A stretch of 64,000 nt of DNA from an uncultured Leptospirales bacterium. GTDB taxonomy: Bacteria > Spirochaetota > UBA4802 > UBA5550. Location of the stretch: positions 4,420-68,419 of the forward strand of contig CAZYPA010000001.1 of the NCBI GenBank assembly GCA_964649175.1, given 5' to 3'. The notes beneath the pieces were generated by a model. The model ran no database searches. It saw only the letters and a program-made list of their open reading frames with translations, and had not been told where the DNA came from. Of the stretch, positions 39,984-51,220 are shown piece after piece; the stretch's first letter is position 1; each line of letters starts with the position of its first letter. The position numbers and the translations under genes are program-made.

Positions 39984-42152
39984 TTGGGTGCTATTATGGA
40001 AATTATTTTTGTCACATTAAAAATACTTTTAATAATTGCAATATTAATCTTATCAGCATTTGCTGGAAGATATATTGCAGATAAGTATGGCAGAAATAAA
40101 CTATTTTATTTTCTTGTAGGCCTTATTACAGGACCTGTTGGAGTAATTTTTCTTTTTGTTATTATTAAAATACCTGATAAGCTGATTGTCCCATTTATAA
40201 CTTTAACAGTTTTCATAATTATTGCACTCTCTTTTTCTCATACAACCCTTTTAGCCGGACTTGAATGGGGAGCTATAGATTTCAGATTTTATTTACGTGA
40301 CCCTTCCCAAAAATCAATAAAGATTGATGAAGGGGTGCGCATGAACAGAATTAATCCCAGGGCAAGTAAAGATATAGTGATTCTGGGAATTGATGAAAGC
40401 ACAGTCAGAGAGTTTTCTGATCAGGGAATTTTCTGGCCTTTCCCATGGGAGCTTCACGCTAAATTTACACGATTTATTTCAACAGGTAATCCTGCTGCAA
40501 TACTATTTGATATAATGTTTTTAGATCATAAAAAAGGTGAGAAAGAACTGATTAAAGCTGTTGAAAAATCAAAGGTTGCTTTTCTGGACTACCCATTTGA
40601 AAATGATGAAATAGATATAACTTATAAGGATCAGAATGAAAGACTGGAGCTTCTTAACACAGTAAGGTTTCCCCTTGATGCTAATGATACTATGCCCCAG
40701 ATTGTTGCAGAGGTTGTACCGCCCACTCCTGATCTTATTAAAGCATCAAAGGGCATTGGATTTGCAAATGTTTTTCCCGGACGTGACGGAATAAACAGAT
40801 CAGTTCCTCTGATAATAAAATACGATGGATGGTATTATCCTAATATTGATCTTGTTGTTGCCATGGATTATTTTGGTATTGGCCCTGAGGATGTTGAAAT
40901 AAAAATAGGTGAGTTTATTAAATTAAAAAATATTCAAAAGGATAAAATGACAAAGCCTAATCCTTCAGGAGAAATAATAATTCCCATTGATGATTATGGG
41001 TTCATGGTTGTAAATTTTATTGGGGGTTCAGGAAGCTTTCAGCATTATCCATATTATCTTTTTGCCAGAGATGGTTCTCTGGAAGGGAATGATTCCCTTA
41101 AGGACAAAATATTGCTGGTTGCAGCTTATTCTGTTACAGGTGTTGCTACTGATGAAAAGCAGTCACCCTATGGAGCTGCCTTTGGGATTGAACATCATGC
41201 TAATGCATTAAACACTATTATTAAACAGGATTTTTTATATAAACTGTCTGATTTTGAAAACATAATAGTAATGCTTGCTATAGCATTATTCCTGGCTTTT
41301 ATTGTTCAAAAAATGACAATTGTTACATCTTTAATTACTGCTCTATTATTTGTACTTTTTTATATTGTAGGTTCATATCTTCTTTTTGATTTTTTTAGCA
41401 TTATTAATGCCCTGTCAACACCTTTAATCCAGACTGCACTTACCTATACAATGCTTGTTACATATCGTGTGGTGAATGAACAGCAGGAAAAAAAATATAT
41501 AAGGCAGACATTTTCCAAGTTTGTTTCCAAGTCTGTTGTTGATGAGCTTCTTAAAGATCCAAGCAAGGTTAAACTTGGTGGTGAGAAAAAAACATTAACA
41601 GTTATGTTTTCTGATATCAGAGGTTTTACTTCTATTTCTGAAATATTAACTCCAGAGGAGCTTGTTGAACACCTGAATGTTTATCTTCAGGCAATGACAG
41701 ATATCGTGATAAAATATTACGGCACTCTGGATAAATATATTGGTGATGCAATAATGGCATTCTGGGGTGCTCCAATTGACGTGGAGGATCATGCCCTTAA
41801 GGCGTGCATGGCAGGAATCGAAATGATTGAGGTGCTTCATGAAATGAACAAAACCTGGGATGAGGAAGGAAAGCCAAGACTTGATATAGGCATTGGAATA
41901 AATACAGGTGATATGGTTGTGGGTAATATGGGATCATCTTCAAGAATGGATTATACTTTAATGGGTGACAATGTAAACCTGGGCTCCCGCCTTGAAGGAA
42001 TAAATAAAATATATAGAACAAATATTATTATAAGTGAATTTACATATCAGTATGTGAAAGATCATATAATAGCAAGGGAACTCGATATTATAAAGGTTAA
42101 GGGTAAAGAGCAGCCCGTTAAAATTTATGAGCTCATTGATTTAAAAGATTAA
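39984..42152 (+). CDS. CHASE2-sensor class III adenylate/guanylate cyclase
   Basis: 722 aa. N-terminal TM and periplasmic CHASE2-like region, additional TM helices, and a C-terminal cyclase homology domain (…VMFSDIRGFTSISE…GDAIMAFWGAP…). Confidence 0.8.
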   Translation: MGAIMEIIFVTLKILLIIAILILSAFAGRYIADKYGRNKLFYFLVGLITGPVGVIFLFVIIKIPDKLIVPFITLTVFIIIALSFSHTTLLAGLEWGAIDFRFYLRDPSQKSIKIDEGVRMNRINPRASKDIVILGIDESTVREFSDQGIFWPFPWELHAKFTRFISTGNPAAILFDIMFLDHKKGEKELIKAVEKSKVAFLDYPFENDEIDITYKDQNERLELLNTVRFPLDANDTMPQIVAEVVPPTPDLIKASKGIGFANVFPGRDGINRSVPLIIKYDGWYYPNIDLVVAMDYFGIGPEDVEIKIGEFIKLKNIQKDKMTKPNPSGEIIIPIDDYGFMVVNFIGGSGSFQHYPYYLFARDGSLEGNDSLKDKILLVAAYSVTGVATDEKQSPYGAAFGIEHHANALNTIIKQDFLYKLSDFENIIVMLAIALFLAFIVQKMTIVTSLITALLFVLFYIVGSYLLFDFFSIINALSTPLIQTALTYTMLVTYRVVNEQQEKKYIRQTFSKFVSKSVVDELLKDPSKVKLGGEKKTLTVMFSDIRGFTSISEILTPEELVEHLNVYLQAMTDIVIKYYGTLDKYIGDAIMAFWGAPIDVEDHALKACMAGIEMIEVLHEMNKTWDEEGKPRLDIGIGINTGDMVVGNMGSSSRMDYTLMGDNVNLGSRLEGINKIYRTNIIISEFTYQYVKDHIIARELDIIKVKGKEQPVKIYELIDLKD

Positions 42153-44385
42153 AACAGATTTTGTCTTCATCTTTTCTTAAATTCATTTTTATACATGGAT
42201 TTGCTGGTGAATTGAATATGAGTAGAGGAACTGCAACTGTTTTATCTGCTTCAGTTTTGACTGATATTGAAAATGGTACAGAAAGATTGTTGGGATATTT
42301 GAAATTCCCATAAGTTTGAAAATAAAGTTTATTGCTTCGCATTCCAAAATTTTTAATATAGAAATTCGGCCCTCCTTGTGAAAATCCAAATGTAAAAGAA
42401 TCAACATCCAGATCATTGATATTGGTTTCTCCATATCCCTTTGTTGTAATAAAAGAAGAGAGCTTTTTTTGAAATTCAGTTCCTGAAAAATGTCCTTTTC
42501 TTATATCAAAGTTTATCCCGCCTCTGCCATTTTGAACAAAATGTGCAACTCGAAAGGCATTAGCTTCATAAGATAAATCGAAATTAAGGATACCTCCGCC
42601 AGTATAGTCAAATGCTGCATCTTTAATAATGCTGTCAAGATCCAGACCTGAACCTGTTGCTTCAATTTTAATATAAGGGTAAGCCTGTTTTAAAACACAG
42701 TATATGTTTCCGGAATATTTTCCATCATAGCCCTGAAGATTAAAGCTGTTTGTTCTAATAAAACCGTTGTTTAATGCCAGTTCCATGGAAAAGGCTTTCA
42801 GATCTGCCTTTCCTGCAATTAAAAGGTTCTCCGATTTTATGCCTATATTAATATTATTGTTATTGATAAAGATACCTTCCGGATTGTTGAGGAATGATCG
42901 TTCATCGTACCCTCTGGCAAGGTCAGCAAAACCAGCCTGGTAAAGATCTGAAATAAAAAGAAAAGCGTATTTCTCTAAAAGAGCAAGTTCAATTCTTTTT
43001 GATTCTATTTTTGCATTAGTGTCTGATTTTAAAGGATTCCATTTATTTATTGAGGTTTTTGTTTCTAATGAGAAATCAGAGCCATTGATAATAAATTCAG
43101 ATTTACAATCGATAGATGAAATATCTGCTTTTACTTCTGCATTGAATTGAGAAATTTTGATTGTATTAATTTCATCTGTTTTAGGGATAAGATTAAAGTT
43201 TTTTAATAATAATTCAAAATTTAGTGCTGATGGTTTTTTCTCTGCTATGTTGTACTCCATCTCACCTTTTATTTTTGCTGTACCATCATATTTATGATTT
43301 CTAAACAGGATCAGGTGTTCAGATAATTTATCAAAACTTATATTGTTTGTGTTGAATTTTGTTGAAAAACCAAGTCCTTTTTCATAACTTCCGCTTATAT
43401 CAGCTTTTAAAATTCCATCTTCAATATTAATTTTTTCAATATTTATATTACTGTAATCACGGGAAAGCGTTAATTTTATTTTAATTTCTGCATTTTCATT
43501 GGATATTATTTTATATGGAGCTTCTTTTCCTGTGTATATTGAACTAAGGCTGTTTAAGTCAATATTGGAATTACATTTTATTTTTTCATCATTGCACGTT
43601 AAAGCAATCTCTCCTGAGAGTAATCCGGAAAAGGTGAATGGTATTAAATTTTTTTCATAAATAAAACTATTAAGATATTCCAGATCAATTTGTTCAAAAT
43701 TTAATTTATTACTATAATTTAAAGTGGTAAAATTATAAAATCCTTTTGAAGAAATTTTTCCTGTAAAATTCTTTCCCTCTAATTTGCTTTTTATTTTTCC
43801 ATTGACATTAAAATCGATTTGTTCTTTATTGAAAAATATTTCTGCATTGAGGTTGGTAATCCTGAACTCGGTTCTCGAGTTTTTAAATGTTTCTTTATAT
43901 ATTATTGTTGAATCAAGAAATTGAAGTAAAAGCTTTTTTTTAATAGTTGAAGAGAGTTTATTATTTTCTGTATCTGTGGTAAAGATCTCCTCAAAAGTTG
44001 CTTTATAGGTTTTCCCGGAACTTTTACTTATATTGATTTCCGGTGATTTGAATTTGATTCCGGTTAATTCTATATTGCCTTTAATAAGATTGATGAAGCT
44101 CGTATTAATTATAACTTTTCTGCTTTTAATCAAATTTTTATTGTCATTAAAATCTGTTGAGTTTGACATTTGGAAATTTTCAAGAATGATATTTGCTGAA
44201 TAGTTAAGATAAAGGCGATCAAAATTAATTGATTTTGAAAATGATGTTTTGAAAATATTATGGATATTTTCTGATACAATATTTTCAGGCAAAAGCATAT
44301 TGACTGTAATTCGGAATAATAAGAAAAGTACAATTAGTGTTGTTAATAAAAAAAGCAGAATGCCGATTTTTTTGTTAAGGCTCAT
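42133..44385 (-). CDS. large N-anchored, beta-rich envelope protein, AsmA-family-like (tentative)
   Basis: 750 aa. Single N-terminal TM (IGILLFLLTTLIVLFLLF), then a long low-complexity N/K/S-rich beta-rich region. The architecture resembles the AsmA/YhdP family. The assignment is by architecture only. Confidence 0.35.
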   Translation of the reverse strand: MSLNKKIGILLFLLTTLIVLFLLFRITVNMLLPENIVSENIHNIFKTSFSKSINFDRLYLNYSANIILENFQMSNSTDFNDNKNLIKSRKVIINTSFINLIKGNIELTGIKFKSPEINISKSSGKTYKATFEEIFTTDTENNKLSSTIKKKLLLQFLDSTIIYKETFKNSRTEFRITNLNAEIFFNKEQIDFNVNGKIKSKLEGKNFTGKISSKGFYNFTTLNYSNKLNFEQIDLEYLNSFIYEKNLIPFTFSGLLSGEIALTCNDEKIKCNSNIDLNSLSSIYTGKEAPYKIISNENAEIKIKLTLSRDYSNINIEKINIEDGILKADISGSYEKGLGFSTKFNTNNISFDKLSEHLILFRNHKYDGTAKIKGEMEYNIAEKKPSALNFELLLKNFNLIPKTDEINTIKISQFNAEVKADISSIDCKSEFIINGSDFSLETKTSINKWNPLKSDTNAKIESKRIELALLEKYAFLFISDLYQAGFADLARGYDERSFLNNPEGIFINNNNINIGIKSENLLIAGKADLKAFSMELALNNGFIRTNSFNLQGYDGKYSGNIYCVLKQAYPYIKIEATGSGLDLDSIIKDAAFDYTGGGILNFDLSYEANAFRVAHFVQNGRGGINFDIRKGHFSGTEFQKKLSSFITTKGYGETNINDLDVDSFTFGFSQGGPNFYIKNFGMRSNKLYFQTYGNFKYPNNLSVPFSISVKTEADKTVAVPLLIFNSPANPCIKMNLRKDEDKICFNLLNQ

Positions 44386-44514
44386 AAAAGTTTATTTACT
44401 CATTGTCTATATTATGCTTTTATTTTGGGAATAATTCCTGTTAAGTCAAGCATTAAAATAACCAGTAAAACAATGTGTTTTTTTCTGGGTAATTTTCAGG
44501 TTTTTTTATAAAAC

Positions 44515-44850
44515 ATGGAGGAACACATGGAAGATAAAAAATATGTTCAAAAGCTGATTGAATTGCTGCCACATTCGAATATTGACAGAATAAGATCTGT
44601 TGATTTAAAACAGGACAGCGAAGTATTTGAAGGGTCCCCCAAGAGGCATCCTTCCAGAGAAAATATTATTATGCTCATTCAAAATCCCTTTGATGAAAAA
44701 AAAGTTTTTTATGAATTTTCTATGGACACAATTTCTTCTATAGAAGAAATTGGAACTCTCAGTTCAGATGAAGGTGAAAATGCCTACATGATAAGATTGT
44801 GGGTGAAGAAAGGAAATTTTGCTATTAAGTCTGAAACTTTTATAGTGTAG
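44515..44850 (+). CDS. hypothetical protein
   Basis: 111 aa ORF with an RBS-like GGAGG upstream. No recognisable motifs. Confidence 0.3.
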   Translation: MEEHMEDKKYVQKLIELLPHSNIDRIRSVDLKQDSEVFEGSPKRHPSRENIIMLIQNPFDEKKVFYEFSMDTISSIEEIGTLSSDEGENAYMIRLWVKKGNFAIKSETFIV

Positions 44851-44864
44851 ATATATGGACAACA

Positions 44865-45470
44865 ATGGACATAGTAACTATTTTATCCACCTCTATGGCG
44901 GAAAACCTTCACTTTATTTCTTTTGGCCTGCTTATGCTCGCAGGTCTAAATTTCCCTATTTCTGAAGATCTTGTTTTTATTATTTCAGCATCAATTGCTG
45001 CTACTATAATTCCAGAAAATAAATATCTTATTTTTGCCGGCTGTTATTTGGGAGCATTTCTAAGTGATATAGTTGCCTATTTGCTGGGAAGATACGCTCT
45101 TTCCCTTTTATTTAAAACCAGAATTTTTAATCGCAAATCTACAAGGAAAAGAATAGTTCTTATTGAATTTTATTTTAATAAATACGGAGGTCTTGCTCTG
45201 TTTGTAGGGCGTTTTATACCTTTTGGAGTCAGAAATATGATTTTTCTTACTGCCGGAATGGTAAAATTCAGTTTATTAAAATTTGTCGCTGTTGATCTTT
45301 CTGCTTTAACAATTACATCAACCCTGCTTTTTTATCTTGGATACAAATTTGGCGAAAATATCGATACAGTACTGCACTACTTAAAAAATTATAAAATTAT
45401 TGCATTTGTAGCATTAGCTGTTATTTTATTTGCAATCATCTTTAAAATAGTCAGATCCAGGATGCGATAA
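44865..45470 (+). CDS. DedA/VTT-domain membrane protein
   Basis: 201 aa. Typical DedA core (…YGGLALFVGRFIPFGVRNMIFLTAGMVKFSLLKF…). Confidence 0.7.
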   Translation: MDIVTILSTSMAENLHFISFGLLMLAGLNFPISEDLVFIISASIAATIIPENKYLIFAGCYLGAFLSDIVAYLLGRYALSLLFKTRIFNRKSTRKRIVLIEFYFNKYGGLALFVGRFIPFGVRNMIFLTAGMVKFSLLKFVAVDLSALTITSTLLFYLGYKFGENIDTVLHYLKNYKIIAFVALAVILFAIIFKIVRSRMR

Positions 45471-45629
45471 TATTTGCTTGACTTAATAGGCAGAAAAGTG
45501 TCGAAATATAATAATTAAAATTGGGTCCTGGTACACTTAATCCTCTAATAAGGTGGTTCCGGCAGGTTAATTTATTCTGTTTCCTTTTTAAAAGAAAAAT
45601 TTTATAATGGATTAATATATATTAAATAT

Positions 45630-46463
45630 ATGCAGAATTTTAAATATCATTTATTAACAATTGTTTCTGTGCTTTTTTTTTCATATATTTTAGCTTATAC
45701 TATAAATGGAATTATTCGCCATAGCTTAATAGTGATGCCCTCTGCCATGTTGCAATCAAAATCAAAACAAGGGTCTGTCTCTTCTCATGAACTCGTAAGC
45801 GTAGATTCTCTTGTTGAGTCTGGTTTTTTTCGTGTTGCTTCTTTGGATGATGAGGTTGAATCAGGATATTCCTCCCCTTCCGGGATTGATGATTTACTTC
45901 TCCTGGGTACAGTAACCGGGCCTGCAAATATTGCAGTGGCCATGATTCAAAAAAGAGGTGAAAAAAATGCTGGAATTTTCAGCTTATGGAAAGACGTATA
46001 TGGATATCAGCTAATAGCGATTAATACAAATTTTGTATATCTTAAACATAATAGTGAGCGTTTTAAAATCGATCTTTATGAAAAAAAGACAGGTGCTGCC
46101 GGTTCATCCGGTGCAGCTTCATCTGGCCAGTCCAATCTTATAAAATCATCCCTGAGTAAGGCCGAATTTCAGCAAAATGTTATGAACAATATTGATAATG
46201 CCATGAGAGGAATAAGAGCCGGCCCATACAGGGAAAACGGTGTTGTGGAAGGTTACAGGTTGATAAGTGTGCGCCCTTTTAATATACTTTATAAATATGG
46301 TATAAGAAGCGGTGATATTGTTAAAAGAATTAATGGGAAAAAGATAGACAGCACTGAAAAACTATTTACAATGTGGCAGGGTATTACTGATGAATCAAAA
46401 ATGACCGCAGACATTGATCGAAACGGTCAAATAGTTACAATTGAAATAAATATAACTGATTAA
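45630..46463 (+). CDS. gspC: type II secretion system protein C (GspC) with C-terminal PDZ domain
   Basis: 277 aa. N-terminal TM and C-terminal PDZ-like segment (…GYRLISVRPFNILYKYGIRSGDIVKRINGKKID…). It sits directly upstream of the secretin. Confidence 0.6.
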   Translation: MQNFKYHLLTIVSVLFFSYILAYTINGIIRHSLIVMPSAMLQSKSKQGSVSSHELVSVDSLVESGFFRVASLDDEVESGYSSPSGIDDLLLLGTVTGPANIAVAMIQKRGEKNAGIFSLWKDVYGYQLIAINTNFVYLKHNSERFKIDLYEKKTGAAGSSGAASSGQSNLIKSSLSKAEFQQNVMNNIDNAMRGIRAGPYRENGVVEGYRLISVRPFNILYKYGIRSGDIVKRINGKKIDSTEKLFTMWQGITDESKMTADIDRNGQIVTIEINITD

Positions 46464-46478
46464 TGGGATGACCAGTTA

Positions 46479-48230
46479 ATGAATAGAAAAATTTTAGCTT
46501 TGATATTAACAATATTCTTTTTTTCTTTGAGCCTGATTAATTTATCCTATACCAGTTCAGGATTTACTCAGGAAACATCTGCAAAAAAAGCTCCCCCAAC
46601 ATTTGCCTTGAATTTTAATGATGTTGAAATATCTGAATTTATAAATGTAATGAGCCGTATTTTAGGGAAAAATATAATTCTCAGCGATAAGGTAAAAGGG
46701 AAGATAACAATAAGTTCTGCAAAAAGAGTGCCTGTTGATGATGCCTTTGATTTGATGAAATCCATACTTGAGATAAAAGGATTTGCTGTTGTTGAAACAC
46801 AGAATTTAATTAAAATAGTTCCTGTTAAAGAAGCTATAAAAAAGAATGTTGAAGTTATTGTAGATGGAGATGATATCAATCTTGAAAATGACGATACAGT
46901 GACAGTTTTAATTGAGATTACAAATACTGGAGCTTCAGATATTCTAAATGTTTTAAGAACACTTAAATCTCCTGAAACAGACATTGTTCTTTTTGCGCCT
47001 TTGAATACTCTAATATTTAGCGGCAACTCAGGTGAAATAAACGGTCTTATTAAAATTGCCACTACTCTTGATAAAAAAGCAGCAACTATAAAAGATCCTG
47101 ACTATGACAATCTGTCCCAGGAAGGAAATATTCATGTAGTTCATCTTGAAAACGCTGATGCAGTAAAGCTTGCAGATGTTCTTTCCAGAATACCCTTTTC
47201 CGAAAATGCAAAAATCAATACACAAAGGACACAGGCTCCTCCTGCTGGTGAAAAGAGGCCCGGGGCTGACTCACAGCAGAGCAATGTTAAGCTTTCTATT
47301 ATTGCAAACAAAGAAACGAATTCTCTTTTAATCAGTGCCTCTCCTGATGAATTCAGGGAAATATATGCCATTGTAAAGCAGCTTGATTCTGTAAGACCCC
47401 AGGTTCTTATTGAGGCAACAATTGTTGAGGTAAATGCTGAATCCTCCTGGGGGTTGGGAATAGACTGGAGCCTTGCTGGTGAATCAGGTATTCATCAATT
47501 TGGAGGCAGCTCAGTTATGGGCTCAGTTCCAAGTTACAGCACTCCATCAGGCCTGTCAGGAAAAACTTTGGCAGTGCCTCTTAACCCTGGAGCAATGACT
47601 ATTGGTTATATAAGCGATACATCAATTTTAAACTTTGCCCTGCTTAATGCAAGTGGTACAGATAAAAACATAAACATACTGTCAACACCACATATTTTAA
47701 CCCTGGATAATCATGAAGCTGAAATAAATGTGGCTGAGGAAATTGCTGTTCCTACAAACAGCAGGATAACTGATGAGAACACTGTTTACTATACCTTTGA
47801 ATATAAATCCGTGGGGCTTAAACTTAAAATTACACCTCATATTAACAGAGGTAACATGATTGCTTTGGAGCTTTTTACTGAAGTGAATTCTATTTTGGGA
47901 GAAACAAAATACCTTACATCCGGGACAATTATTCCTCCTGATTTAGGTAAAAGGGATATGAAGACCAAGGTAGCTGTTCCAGATGGGGAAACTATTGTTG
48001 TGGGCGGACTTATGAGAAATCAAAAGGTTGAAACAGAAACAAAGGTTCCCATATTGGGCGACATACCTCTTTTGGGATGGTTCTTTAAAAGCAAGTCCAG
48101 TGAAAACACCAAGACAAATCTTTTAATTTTTATAACTCCCAGGGTAGTAACAGAAACTGAAAAGATAAAGGCAATAACAGAAGAAAAACAGGATGAAATG
48201 AAAAAGATTCAGGATAGCTACAAGAAATAA
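46479..48230 (+). CDS. gspD: type II secretion system secretin GspD
   Basis: 583 aa. Signal peptide, N0-N3 domains, and the secretin C-domain (…VVGGLMRNQKVETETKVPILGDIPLLGWFFKSK…). Confidence 0.9.
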   Translation: MNRKILALILTIFFFSLSLINLSYTSSGFTQETSAKKAPPTFALNFNDVEISEFINVMSRILGKNIILSDKVKGKITISSAKRVPVDDAFDLMKSILEIKGFAVVETQNLIKIVPVKEAIKKNVEVIVDGDDINLENDDTVTVLIEITNTGASDILNVLRTLKSPETDIVLFAPLNTLIFSGNSGEINGLIKIATTLDKKAATIKDPDYDNLSQEGNIHVVHLENADAVKLADVLSRIPFSENAKINTQRTQAPPAGEKRPGADSQQSNVKLSIIANKETNSLLISASPDEFREIYAIVKQLDSVRPQVLIEATIVEVNAESSWGLGIDWSLAGESGIHQFGGSSVMGSVPSYSTPSGLSGKTLAVPLNPGAMTIGYISDTSILNFALLNASGTDKNINILSTPHILTLDNHEAEINVAEEIAVPTNSRITDENTVYYTFEYKSVGLKLKITPHINRGNMIALELFTEVNSILGETKYLTSGTIIPPDLGKRDMKTKVAVPDGETIVVGGLMRNQKVETETKVPILGDIPLLGWFFKSKSSENTKTNLLIFITPRVVTETEKIKAITEEKQDEMKKIQDSYKK

Positions 48231-48233
48231 TCA

Positions 48234-49931
48234 ATGGCTGATAAGAGATTATTCATAGGTAAAATCCTTGTTGATAAGGGTGTTTTAACTCCTGAAAAAT
48301 TGCAGGAATGCCTTCTTGTGCAAAAGGGCTCGGATTTAAAAATCGGGCAGATCATTATAAAAAAAAACTATGCTGAAGAGAAGGATATTTTTGAAGCCCT
48401 GGCATTGCAAAATGGGCTAAAATTTATGCCTCTTCTTGATTTTCATGATGAAAATAAAATTCTCCTAACCCTTCCGCTGCATTTTCTTAAAAGCAACAGG
48501 CTTGTACCTTTTCATGTTGAAGATGACAGGATAAAAGTTGCTCTGGATGACGTGTTTAATCTCCAGCCTTTTGATGATCTGAGGAGACTTTTTCCTTCCT
48601 ATAAAATTGAAAGGGTATTATCAACCGGGCATGAAATTTCGAGGCTTTTGAATAGCCATTTTGAATCAGCAGAAACCGCTTCTACAGAAGATATTATAGA
48701 GGATCTTGAAGAATCAGATTTTGAAATTCTATCAACTACAGCATCAGAAATCACTGATTTGCTGGATATGGCAAATGAAGCACCTATAATAAAGCTTGTT
48801 AATACTATTATAAGGCAGGCTGTTTCAGAAAGGGCCAGTGATATTCACTTTGAAGTATTTGAAAAGGATATTGTTGTTCGATTCAGGATAGACGGTATTC
48901 TTTACAGAATGTACACTCCTCCAAAAAAATACCAGGAAGCTGTTATTTCAAGAATAAAAATAATGGCAAACCTTAATATAGCTGAAAACAGGCTTCCCCA
49001 GGATGGAAGAATCCAGATAAAAATCGGAGGAAAGGAGATTGATATAAGGGTTTCAGCCCTCCCTACTCACTATGGAGAGCGCCTTGTTTTAAGACTTCTT
49101 AATAAATCTGATATTGACTTTAGCCTTGATTCCCTTGGCTTTTCAAAAGCTATGCTGAAAAAATACGATGAGCTTATAAATATTACCCATGGAATTATTC
49201 TGGTTACAGGCCCAACCGGAAGCGGGAAAAGCACAACCCTTTACAGCATGCTTACCAGGCTTAACAGTAAGGAGGTCAACATTCTTACAGTAGAGGATCC
49301 TATTGAATACCAGATATACGGCATAGGGCAGATGCAGATAAGACCTAAAATAGGCCTTACATTTGCATCAGGCTTGAGATCTATTTTAAGACAGGATCCT
49401 GATATTATAATGGTTGGAGAAATTCGTGATACTGAAACTGCTCAAATTGCAGTTCAATCAGCATTAACAGGTCACAGGGTTTTTTCCACTATTCATACAA
49501 ATGATGCTGCCTCAGGTGTTACAAGGCTTATGGACATGGGTATAGAGCCCTATCTTATTACCTCATCTATTAATGCTTTTCTTGCACAAAGGCTTGTGAG
49601 GAAAATCTGTCCAAACTGTATAGAATCATATAAGCCGGACCCTAAAGAACTTCTTCGTGCAGGGATAATGAAAAGCAGTCTTAAAAAAGGAGTACTTTAT
49701 AAAGGAAAAGGCTGTGATAAATGTCTTAACACAGGCTATTCGGGAAGAATAGGAATATTTGAACTTCTTCCTCTTTCTGATGAAATCAAGCGGCTTATTA
49801 TGACAAGGGAGGATGCAGGGAAAATAAAAGCCCAGGGAATAAAAGAAGGCATGGTTCTTCTTCATGAAGATGGTATAAGCAAGGTGATTGATGGAATAAC
49901 CACCCTTGAAGAAGTAATGCGGGTAAGCTGA
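48234..49931 (+). CDS. gspE: type II secretion ATPase GspE
   Basis: 565 aa. N1E/N2E domains, Walker A GPTGSGKST, Asp/His boxes, and a tetracysteine zinc motif (CPNC…CDKC). Confidence 0.9.
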   Translation: MADKRLFIGKILVDKGVLTPEKLQECLLVQKGSDLKIGQIIIKKNYAEEKDIFEALALQNGLKFMPLLDFHDENKILLTLPLHFLKSNRLVPFHVEDDRIKVALDDVFNLQPFDDLRRLFPSYKIERVLSTGHEISRLLNSHFESAETASTEDIIEDLEESDFEILSTTASEITDLLDMANEAPIIKLVNTIIRQAVSERASDIHFEVFEKDIVVRFRIDGILYRMYTPPKKYQEAVISRIKIMANLNIAENRLPQDGRIQIKIGGKEIDIRVSALPTHYGERLVLRLLNKSDIDFSLDSLGFSKAMLKKYDELINITHGIILVTGPTGSGKSTTLYSMLTRLNSKEVNILTVEDPIEYQIYGIGQMQIRPKIGLTFASGLRSILRQDPDIIMVGEIRDTETAQIAVQSALTGHRVFSTIHTNDAASGVTRLMDMGIEPYLITSSINAFLAQRLVRKICPNCIESYKPDPKELLRAGIMKSSLKKGVLYKGKGCDKCLNTGYSGRIGIFELLPLSDEIKRLIMTREDAGKIKAQGIKEGMVLLHEDGISKVIDGITTLEEVMRVS

Positions 49932-49941
49932 GGGATTATCT

Positions 49942-51183
49942 ATGCTGTTCCATTATAAGGCATTGACAAAATCTGGTGAGGAGATTACAGATATAATTGA
50001 TGCACCTGAAGAGGCTGCTGCTGTTCAGAAGATTCGAAATAGTGGTAATTTTGTTATATCCATTAAAGCAGCAGATTCAGCAGATAAAAAAACATCCTCT
50101 TTTAGCATAAGTAAAATTCGTGATCTCTTATATGATTTTATTAATAAATCTTCAGCAAAAAAGCAGGTGGGTCTTTTTTCCAGGCAGCTCTCAACCCTTC
50201 TTCGCGCAGGTATGCCCTTTGTAACAGCTCTTAATGATATTATTGAGCAGATTGACAATAAGGCTTTTAAAAACATCATAATTGATATCAGGGAAAAAAT
50301 TGAAGAGGGAACATCCTTTTCCAATGCAATTGCCAGGCATAGAGATATTTTTTCAGAAATGTATATAAGCATGATCCGCGTTGGGGAGAATTTGGGCTCT
50401 CTTGATGAGGTAATTGAAAGAATGTCTGAAATGGAGGAGAAGAAAGTTTTCCTGAAAAACAGAATAAGAGCAGCTCTATGGTATCCTTCATTTATGCTGG
50501 CTTTTTCATCTATTATTGTTGTTTTTCTTATGGTTAATATTATACCAACTATTACAGGGATATTTGTAGATCAGCAAAGAGAACTCCCCTTGCCTACTAA
50601 AATTGTTGTAGCTATGAGTGATTTTTTAACCACATTTTGGGTTTTTATTCCTCTGTTTATTATTTTTTTAATTTATATATATTCAAGATACGCTGCTACA
50701 GATAAAGGGAGAAAAAAAATTGATGAGTTTAAAATGAAAATTCCCATTGCAAGCAGGCTTTACAACAAGGTTCTTGTTTACAGGTTCACACTTAATCTGG
50801 GAGTGCTTGTTTCCAATAAGGTTGATCTTTTAAAATCATTTGAAATAGTGAAAAAAATTGTTGATAATGTAATTGTTGAAAAGAAAATTGAAGAGGCTGC
50901 AAAAAATATTCAGGAGGGAGTTTCAATTTCACAGGCTTTGAAAAAGCATGATTTTTTGCCAAGGCTTGTAATTGGAATGATTGCAGCTGGTGAGGCAAGT
51001 GACAAGGTTGATGAAATGCTTCTGAACATAGGCAAGGTTTATGAAAACGAAATAGACATGACTGTTACAAGTATTACCGGCATGATTGAGCCTATCATAA
51101 TAATTGTTATGGGATTTTTAATTGGTATAATTGTACTTTCTGTGATGATGCCTATTATGGAAATGAATCTGCTTGTAAATTGA
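49942..51183 (+). CDS. gspF: type II secretion inner-membrane platform protein GspF
   Basis: 413 aa. Duplicated GspF/PilC domain and three TM segments. Confidence 0.85.
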   Translation: MLFHYKALTKSGEEITDIIDAPEEAAAVQKIRNSGNFVISIKAADSADKKTSSFSISKIRDLLYDFINKSSAKKQVGLFSRQLSTLLRAGMPFVTALNDIIEQIDNKAFKNIIIDIREKIEEGTSFSNAIARHRDIFSEMYISMIRVGENLGSLDEVIERMSEMEEKKVFLKNRIRAALWYPSFMLAFSSIIVVFLMVNIIPTITGIFVDQQRELPLPTKIVVAMSDFLTTFWVFIPLFIIFLIYIYSRYAATDKGRKKIDEFKMKIPIASRLYNKVLVYRFTLNLGVLVSNKVDLLKSFEIVKKIVDNVIVEKKIEEAAKNIQEGVSISQALKKHDFLPRLVIGMIAAGEASDKVDEMLLNIGKVYENEIDMTVTSITGMIEPIIIIVMGFLIGIIVLSVMMPIMEMNLLVN

Positions 51184-51220
51184 CTTAAATAGCATATTAG
51201 ATATAATTAAAGAGGTCAAA